Source: Octopus vulgaris | Lineage: Eukaryota | Reading direction: 5' to 3' | Assembly: GCA_951406725.2 (NCBI GenBank) | Contig: OX597821.1 | Coordinates: 66,588,001-66,652,000, forward strand | DNA: 64,000 bases | Shown here: positions 55,433 through 64,000 of the stretch, one piece after another | Position numbering within the stretch: the stretch's first letter is position 1 | Layout: each line of letters starts with the position of its first letter | Notes under the pieces: model-generated | Databases searched by the model: none | The model's input: only the letters and a program-made list of their open reading frames with translations | What the model was told of the DNA's origin: nothing | Program-made: the position numbers and the translations under genes

Positions 55433-55595
55433 GACGCAGGAATGGCTGTGTGGTAAGTAGCTTGGTTACCAACCACATGAACTAACGGGCTCAGGCCCAC
55501 TGCGTGGCACCTTGGGCAAGTGTCTTCTACTATAGCCTTGGGCCGACCAAAATCTTGAGTGGATTCGGTATACGGAAACTGAAAGAAGACTGTCG

Positions 55596-55627
<32 letters not shown>

Positions 55628-55843
55628 CTTGTGTGTGTGTATGTTTCTGTGTCTGTGTTAGTCCCTCCACCATCACCTGGTCTCCATAACGTAGGGGCGG
55701 GGGCGGCAAAAGCGATCGATGGTATAAGCACTAGGCTAACAAAGAATAAGTCCTGGGGTCGATTTGCTCGACTAAAGGCGGTGCTCCAGCATGGCTGCAG
55801 TCAAATGACTGAAACAAATAAGAGAATAAAAGAATAAGAGAAT
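55433..55843 (+). mobile_element. SINE family A
   Basis: Full organisation with (AGAATAA)n end. Confidence 0.9.
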
Positions 55844-56162
55844 ACTTATCCAAATACACGTTATTTTAAGAGACCGCTAATGTAGATCCACGAACAAATG
55901 GGATAGACACCGCAGAAACTGACGAAGGCTCCATGACTATGCGAAAACCAAAAATGATGGCTTGAATACCTTTGTTCTTACATCATTTTGAAACAGGGAG
56001 AACCTGAGGCAAATATTCAAGAAAGACAATAACAAAAACATCAGCTCAATGCCTTTTTGATAGTTTGCCGCCAAAAAAAATGAAAAGGTATAAGAAGCGA
56101 TGACAGGGCTGAAGTATGTTTGCTCTGACTTGTTTCTCAGAGAATGCAGGCCAGGGGCTTAC

Positions 56163-56277
56163 CGAAACAATGACAACAGCGACGATGAAGATGACGATGA
56201 ATTGCCATAGGTTACGCAATCTTTGATGCACTGTACCCGAATAAAGATGTGGGAAGCGGGATGTTTTCATCCTTAGT
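56163..56277 (-). CDS. Candidate host-gene exon encoding the start of a transmembrane helix
   Basis: TTTGTTTATACAG acceptor, TCG|GTAAGC donor, non-repetitive; ATG at 56270 gives MKTSRFPHLYSGTVHQRLRNLWQFIVIFIVAVVIVS, phase 0. Confidence 0.55.
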
Positions 56278-57005
56278 CTGTATAAACAAACTAACCTGCG
56301 GCTAAATATTAACAAACAACACAAATGACAGCAATGCTAGCATAAATTGTGTAACAGCATACAATTGTTCTCGCATAGCTGGCTAAAAGAAAATAAAACT
56401 ACTAAAATTTGTTGGAAAAGAAGAAGCAAAATGGCAATTAACTATTTTATCTGACGTGGTAAGAGACATTTATCTCAATCAAAGCCATCATCATTGCTGT
56501 GTTATCATTTATTCTACGAGAATACGTCAATCTCGGAGAATCAGCAAAGAATCAGTTGATAAATTGGTGAAGTGAGAATTAAAAAGGAAGAAAGATATTA
56601 CTAAGAAAGCAAAAACTGCGGGAATACAATCGTGCAATAATTATTTCACGTTTCTCCTTTGTCTACTAATTACAGATTAATCACGAATTCACCGATGGCT
56701 TTTTTTTAATAACACACAGACATATATACATGCACACATGCATACATACATACATACATACATACATACATACATACATACATACATACATACATACATA
56801 CACACAAGCAAATCTGCACTCACACACAAGAACTCCGTGCTTAAGTTCTCTGCAGACAGTTCAGTATATTGGACATATGCCTGCTTTTCTTATCCCTTGT
56901 TGACCACGGTCTCGTAAATGAAGTTTTTCAGACTGAAACCATACATATATACATTTATACACATACATATGTATATATATGCGTATGTGTGTGTGTGTGT
57001 GTGTG

Positions 57006-57039
<34 letters not shown>

Positions 57040-57040
<1 letters not shown>

Positions 57041-57880
57041 CAAATGGTTAGTATGTAATTTTATATTAATATTTTTGTAATTGTTTTTGTATAGAGTGTG
57101 TAAAAAACATCCTGATGAGGGGAGTGTCACTTTTGATAATATGAAATACGAGCAAAACGCCACCCGTCCATTGGACGGTGCTGAGTTGTCAAACATTTAC
57201 ACCAAATTTTCTCAAAACAACTTGTCCGACCGTCCCATTTTGTGGCACTATTTCAAGCCAGCCGGCTCTTTTTGCGCAAAATGCACGTGCATTTTTCTCG
57301 CGTACGCTTAGTATCGATCGCAACAGCTGATGTACTTGCGCGTACAAATGCACGTTCTCACGGCTTTATCGATCGCATTCTCACATGGAATCGATTTTTG
57401 TAATTTTTGAAGACTTATACACCCCTGATACCATCGGTAGCTACATATCAAATTTGAGCGCAATCGGATGGAGGATGCCTGAGATCCTAGAAGACACAGA
57501 CAGACAGACAGAACGGATTTCATATAATGGATATGATATTACTTGTTAGGTCTCTGAAACGGCCCGTAGATATAACTCTAATTTTTTTAATTTTTGTGTT
57601 ATTTTTCGGAGGTTTTTAATACGTCCTTTCAATGTTTCATCATCACAAATTTTTGACTAAACCAATATTTTATAACTATTATATTAAAATGTGTTTTGTG
57701 TATAACACCGACTTATACCTATTTATATATATTTTTATATCTTTATATCTGAAATTTATACGTCCGTTTTGTAAATGTTGAAGAATATATGAATATATGT
57801 ATCTATTTGGTCTTCGAGTGTTGACCTTAATTATGTTACTCTAGTTTCCGCTTGCATTTCTTCCGTTCAAATTAAGAAGT
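57040..57880 (+). mobile_element. (TA)n-flanked cassette with a hammerhead motif interrupted by a Helitron
   Basis: AUC-CUGAUGA-GGGGA at 57109-57123 and UCUCU-GAAA-CGG-C-CCG-UA-GAU at 57551-57571. Confidence 0.6.
57149..57531 (-). mobile_element. Non-autonomous Helitron
   Basis: Inserted in A|T; TC start, (TCTG)n, hairpin CCGTCCA/TGGACGG, CTCG end; termini shared with 48811-49094. Confidence 0.8.
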
Positions 57881-57945
57881 GATATATATATATATATATA
57901 TATAAATAAAAGCTAATGTGTGTTTATATATATATATATATACAC

Positions 57946-58024
<79 letters not shown>

Positions 58025-58059
58025 CTAATGTGTGTTTCTATGCTCAGTTATAAGCCTTT

Positions 58060-58440
58060 CTATTAAAGGCACAAGGCCTGAAATTTGGGGGGAGGGTACT
58101 ACTCGATTACATGGACCCCAGTACTTGACTGGTACTAAATTTATCGATTCCAAAAGGATGAAGGACAAAGTTGACCTCGGCGGAATTTGATCTGAGAACG
58201 TAAAGACGGGACGAAATGCGGTTAAGGATATTTTGCCCGGCGCGCTAACGGTTCTACCAGTTCTCACCCTTATGTTCTAGAAATAACCCTTTTTACTGGA
58301 ATCACAAGGCTTCAGATTTGGTGGAAAGGGATTAAAGTCGATTACATCGACCCTAGTGCCTAAATGGTACTTATTTAATCGATCCCGAATGGGTGAAAGG
58401 CAAAGTCGACCTCGGTGGAATTTGAACTCAGAAACGCTCC
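58060..58440 (-). mobile_element. Two adjacent SINE family B copies
   Basis: 58060-58270 and 58290-58440 match family B reverse complement. Confidence 0.8.
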
Positions 58441-59070
58441 AGAAGCAATGAAGAGAACCAGTCAGAACTTTGAACAAAAAGAAAAGTTCTCCTAAGGTGC
58501 GACTAGCTGTTTGATAATGGAGTCGAAATGCAAAGACAAATTTGGAAGGAGCTTCGCAAAAATGCAACTTTCCGACTTCGAAATAGAGATAAGCTCGAAG
58601 CAGTGACCAGCCGATTCTGTCTGAGGATTATAGGTTCTTAGCCGCTTACAAAAGGTAGGTAGTTCAGCTGATCGTTTAACAGGAATGCTTATTCGTCGAA
58701 ACAATGATTGCTTAGTTCCCTCCTATAACTATTTCTAATTTTCTTTCTACAAAAGGTCCAGCGAAAGTAATCATTGAGATGACGCAAGCTCCAATTTCCC
58801 AATAACATATACTGGTGAATTGCACCCCATAAAAACATACTGGAATAACCGCCTAGATTATCTTAATCGAAAACCTCAAGTAATGAAATGAAAAACCTGT
58901 ACAAGTATTTCTTATTCAGTAACATGCGATCCGGTCTCTGGTAATGAGATTTAGTCATATCATTCGAGATAATTTTGAGGAATTTTATAGTTCTTATGGT
59001 AAAGTTTTGTCAAATAAATCTTTTGCTCACCTTTCATCAGAAGAAAATGGTATTCTGTTCTATGGAGTAC

Positions 59071-59221
<151 letters not shown>

Positions 59222-59785
59222 GCTAGCTAGCTAGCTAGCTGTCGCTTCTCTCTCTCTCTCACTCTCTCTCTGTATATATATATGTGTGTGTGCGCGCGCG
59301 TCCATGTGTGTATGTGTTTGTGTGTGTGTGTACATTCATAAATATGTGTTCATGTGTGTGAAGTTGAATAGCTTAGTGGATAGGGTAGGTAATTTGATTC
59401 ACGATCGTTAGATCAGTACCCGGACGTATGCTGTGTCCATAAGCAAGACGTTTTATTTCATTTTACCCCAGTCTCCTCAGTTAGCAGAAGTTGTACTTGT
59501 GATTCGAAGGACAATCCTTGTCACATTCAATCATGCCAAATCTCCCCAAGAACTACGATGATGGGAATGCATATTTTTTAATGCTTGTTTGTCTCGTTAT
59601 TCCAAGTCGTTTATCATTCTAGAAAAGTGGAAAGTGTTTCTGAATTCATGGTTTTTAGTGATTACTTAAATTTATTCTGGTTATTTTTCTTTACAGATGG
59701 TCGGTCATACGACTTTATATGACTAAAATCTTTTGAAAGCACTGCCCCAACACGGCTACAGACCAATGACTGAAATACGTATAAG

Positions 59786-59851
<66 letters not shown>

Positions 59852-59864
59852 TATATATATTGAT

Positions 59865-60076
59865 GTCTAGTTTTGAGAGGTCCTATGGTATAAATTTGAT
59901 AGATCGCTAGCCACTAAAACTTTTTTATTTTCTCTCCCTGTTTATTTCTGTCTTCCTTTCTATCGAAGAGCGTAGGCTCGAAATGTAAAAGACTTTCTCT
60001 CTTCCCGAGCGTTAAACTAATACATCTGTTTGTTGTTTACTCACGTTTCTTCGTCTTTTGTTTTTTTTATAAATTC

Positions 60077-60081
<5 letters not shown>
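59865..60081 (+). mobile_element. PLE pseudo-LTR-like cassette with degenerate hammerhead (59956-59991)
   Basis: CUUU-CUAUCGA-A-GAGC(GUAG)GCUC-GAAA-UG-UA-AAAG; (TA)n on both sides. Confidence 0.68.
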
Positions 60082-60120
<39 letters not shown>

Positions 60121-60228
60121 CTTACATTCACACGCATATATATATACACACATATATATATGTATGTATGTATATATATATGTATACATATATACATATA
60201 TATACATAAATACATATATATATATGTA

Positions 60229-60262
<34 letters not shown>

Positions 60263-60299
60263 CATGTGTTTGTGTAGAAAGTTGAAAAGTAACACACTA

Positions 60300-60358
<59 letters not shown>

Positions 60359-60359
60359 T

Positions 60360-62081
60360 ATGGAAAATAAGACAAGTTAGAACATTCTAAAATAATTTTA
60401 TTATGAAAAATAGTTTAGTACAGGCTTCAGTCTTTTCGACTTTTTCAATTTAGAGTAAAGCAAGAAAAACAATTGAATTGAAGAAAAATGAAATGAAATG
60501 TTTTTTTGAAATATTTTCATAATGTTGAAATAGGTAGGACATTTTCCTTTTTTCTGTCTGTCTGTCTCTCTTTTATTTTTGTGAAGGCTCGGTAGTTATT
60601 AGCAAATCTGAAGTAATAATTAATAAGGGTCCAGAGAAATGTTGGTTCTGGACTTTCATTGTTTAAGCAACAGCAGCGGCAGCAGCTGAAGAAGGACTCG
60701 GCGGGAAGAAGAAGAGGAAAAAGAGGAAGAAGGAGTAGGAAAATCAATAAAAGAAGAAAGAAAAGAAAAAAACGGGAGTGGTATGTCAGTAGTAGTCTGT
60801 TCGTAGAATCTTCTCTAATGGTCAAGGGACCTAAACGTGACTTTTGTGGTTGTAGCAGTAACGACTGGAATTGTCCTAAATAATTCATGGGTAGCGACTG
60901 TTCTGAATATATCGTTTTTAATATTTGCGTGGGTACTATTCTAAGATCATATTAGTAGTGTCATGTGTTGGAAGCACTCAAAAGGGGTTTATATTTTGCG
61001 ATAAGATATGATTATTTGTTAATGAGCTGATTATAGGTAATTGTCCCTGAATTTACAGAGGTGAAAATTCTGAAGTTGGGTACTTCGTTTGTGGTGCACA
61101 TGTCGAAGTGTTCGCTATATGCTGTTTTTTTGTATTCCCGAATTTTAATCTGAGACCTGTGTAAAGTCATCCTCTGGTGAAGACTGGTTTTGGATTGACC
61201 TATGTATTTCTCTCGACACCCTGAGCAATTTAACACATATATTAGTTTTTCCGAAGCATATGTAAAATTGTTTTTCACTGTAAGACGTTGACCCTGTTTG
61301 AAGGATAACTCCGATCCCTCAATTAAGTTGACGAATATACCACAGTTGGGTCTTCTCCATTTTTTTTACTGACTGTTTTAATTTTGTTGACTTGTGTTAG
61401 AAGAATTTTATTTGACTTCGGCTGTCTTTTGCTCTTTATGATGGTATGCGTTTGGAGGATTTGATTCATTCTCTAGTCACTTTTTAGTAAAGAAATATTC
61501 TGGAGGATGGTTTCAAAAGCTTCATTGTTTAGGGGATTGTGTGTGGATATGTACGGTAGAACTTTTGATTATATATCCTTGTCTAGTTTGTGATGTTGAG
61601 ATGTAGGACATGTTGAAAACCTATATCAACTAGTGATGGTAGGTAGTTCCTGCTGATGAGTGCATCCTTTAGCTCATGTAGCCGAGTGTCCCCGGTGCAC
61701 TTATTAGAAACTATAGCACAAATCATTTTTGCCAGGTTCAAAGGGATTTTCATTCTAGTGTGTCTGGGGTGGAATGAGTTTTCCTACTCTTCTTCTTCTT
61801 CTTCTTCTTCTTCTTCTTCTTCTTCTTCTTCTTCTTCTTCTTTTTCTTCTTCTTCTTCTTTTTCTTCTTCTTCTTCTTCTTCTTCTTCTTCTTCTTCTTC
61901 TTCTTCTTCTTCTTCTTCTTCTTCTTCTTCTTCTTCTTCTAATTCTTCTTCTTCGCCGTCTCCTTCCTCAGCTGCTGCTGCTTAAACAATCACAATCCAG
62001 AAACAACATTTTTCTGGGCCCATATTAACTATTCCTTCAGATCTGCTACAAACTACCGAGCCTTCACAAAAGTAAAAGAGA

Positions 62082-62127
<46 letters not shown>

Positions 62128-62193
62128 CAGACAGAAAAAAGGAAAATGACCTACCTATCTGTAGACAATGGAAATATTTCAAAAATCGTTTCA
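60360..62193 (-). mobile_element. Neptune-type Penelope-like element, 5'-truncated, with inverted pseudo-LTR
   Basis: RT thumb SFHPRHTRMKIPLNLAKMICAIVS..RLHELK..L..RNY (about 61780-61620), Cys-rich linker (RPNCGI), GIY-YIG LIYVLNCSGCREKYIGQS..LHQRMTLH (61278-61012); 3'UTR abuts (TA)n; 61790-62193 is an inverted copy of about 60495-60760. Confidence 0.88.
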
Positions 62194-63399
62194 GGGGGAG
62201 CGAGTGGGAGCAAGAGAGAGTGAGCGAAGAAAGGAGTGATTGAGAGAGACATTAAAAGATGTGGTCTGCTTGAAGCAGTTCCTAATATTTTCGCTGAGCC
62301 ATTATTATCAACTCAAACAATCTTGGCGTTTTGATGCGTTTGTTTAACCTAATATATATATGAAAAAAAATACTATTTGTTTCAATCAATCGGATAATAG
62401 AAAGAAAAAAAAATTTAATAAAAATAAACAATCGTAACAATCATTTGAGTTTGCAAGAAGACTAACGGTTGATCACTTATCAGGGCTACTGATCAGAAAG
62501 AATTTTTCATTTTCCAGCAAATTAATCTTAATTTTCATGTGAATACTCATATAAATATGGGAATCACTGATCGGCGAGCATTTCTTGTTTTCCACCAAAT
62601 TAGCAATCATTTTCAACATATAATAACATATAATTTTCAAGTCATGAAATAAACTTTAATTTACAGAAGGGGAGATCTCTCATGGATGCCTACAACACCG
62701 GACATATAGACGAACGTGAGCTAAAATATTTGATGCAGTGATGCAAAGCAAATTTTTAACAATTAAACTTGTACCTGTAAAATAAAGAACAAATATTAAA
62801 ATTAATGAGTTCTTGTCTCCAATTTCACCTACTTTAGCAGCTTAATTGCTACAGGGTGGTACATGAGGTAGATGACAACTCCAGAATGGAGCGGTGTTGA
62901 GAGGAATGATCAAAATTCATGCCAGTAATTGAATTTGAAACCGAATGAAAATCCTTGTATTCTAGTGCATTCTCATAGCAACAATAGTTTGCACAGGAGA
63001 AACTTCGAAAATGATTGCTAAGATCACTCAGAGATAAATACATTTCACTAATGGTTATATCCGCGGAGGTACATGAACTAGCGGTTAGAGCAGCGGAGTC
63101 GAGGTCGAGGGATCGCAGGTTCAAATCTTAGACCGGACGATGTGTGTGTGTGTTTATGAGCGAAACACCTAAGCTCTACGCGGCTCCGACAGAAATGTAA
63201 TTATGAGTCAGGTATGGCTCGAGAATGAACAAACAACAACACAATGGTTCTATCCAGTATAATCATGAGCGCTATCAGGAACAGAATCACTTCTGAAGAA
63301 GTGAGAAAAACAATTTGTGCAGCCTGCAGGAGAGTATGGCGGAAAAAATGAATGATACTTGCGGGCCATGTTTTCTGAGTGCCACAAGAATGAATGCTT

Positions 63400-63808
63400 G
63401 TGGCTGTGTGGTAAGTAGCTTGCTTACCAACCACATGGTTCCAGGTTCAGTCCCACTGCGTGCCACCTTGGGCAAGTGTCTTCTACTATAGCTTCGGGCC
63501 TACCAAAGCCTTGTGAGTGGATTTGGTAGAAGAAAACTGAAAGAAGCCCGTCGTATATATGTATACTTATGTATATGTATTTATGCGTGTGTTTATATGT
63601 TTGTGTGTCTGTGTTTGCCCCCCCACCCCCAACAGATGCTGGTGTGTTTGCATCCCCATAACTTAGTGATTAGGCAAAAGAGACCGATAGAATAAGTACT
63701 AGGCTTACAAAGAATAAGTCCTGGTGTCGATTTTCTCGACTAAAGGCGTTGCTCCAGCATGGCCGCAGTCAAATGACTGAAACAAGTAAAAGAGTAAAAG
63801 AGAGAGTA
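63400..63808 (+). mobile_element. SINE family A
   Basis: Full head-body-tail. Confidence 0.9.
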
Positions 63809-64000
63809 TAGATACATAATGGAAACCGCCAGAAGTACGAAGAGAGACAAACATAAGAAAACATGGCGCTCCCCACTTCAAAGAAGATCTAAGCCAACTT
63901 AAAATCAACTGCGAAGATGCGGACAACTCTGATCTGGAATTGTCTTGCTGTCCCGTCTACAGACCATCTAAACTGGCGAAACTAAGCTTTGTTTAGAATT

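Noticed and set aside
55918-55955. CTGACGA...GAAA spacing like a hammerhead
   Set aside because: No stem II or stem III complementarity

Overview
AT-rich, microsatellite-saturated eukaryotic DNA, almost entirely intronic or intergenic. The repeat inventory resembles an octopod cephalopod genome (inference): tRNA-derived SINEs with an internal microsatellite, CR1-like LINE tails, Dong/R4, Neptune-type Penelope-like element (PLE), mariners and Helitrons. Nearly all ORF-track entries are translated microsatellites. Real coding remnants belong to decayed transposons: Gypsy gag-pol, Merlin, Helitron Rep, several Tc1/mariner, R4/Dong, HERO-like, CR1-like, and PLE RT-thumb plus GIY-YIG. There is one tRNA-His copy, probably a pseudogene, and a candidate minus-strand host gene whose 115-nt exon and 22-nt microexon together encode one transmembrane helix. 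The most striking signal is a set of about ten short non-coding cassettes in or beside microsatellites that carry hammerhead ribozyme (HHR) motifs. They include a back-to-back double hammerhead palindrome (6.2 kb), a hammerhead with non-circularly permuted, pseudoknotted strand order (19.1 kb), a tRNA-headed hammerhead-tailed SINE-like element (22.2-22.6 kb) and a hammerhead split by a Helitron (57.1-57.6 kb). A Neptune PLE remnant in the window could represent the mobilising family. All calls were made by eye and boundaries of decayed repeats are approximate.
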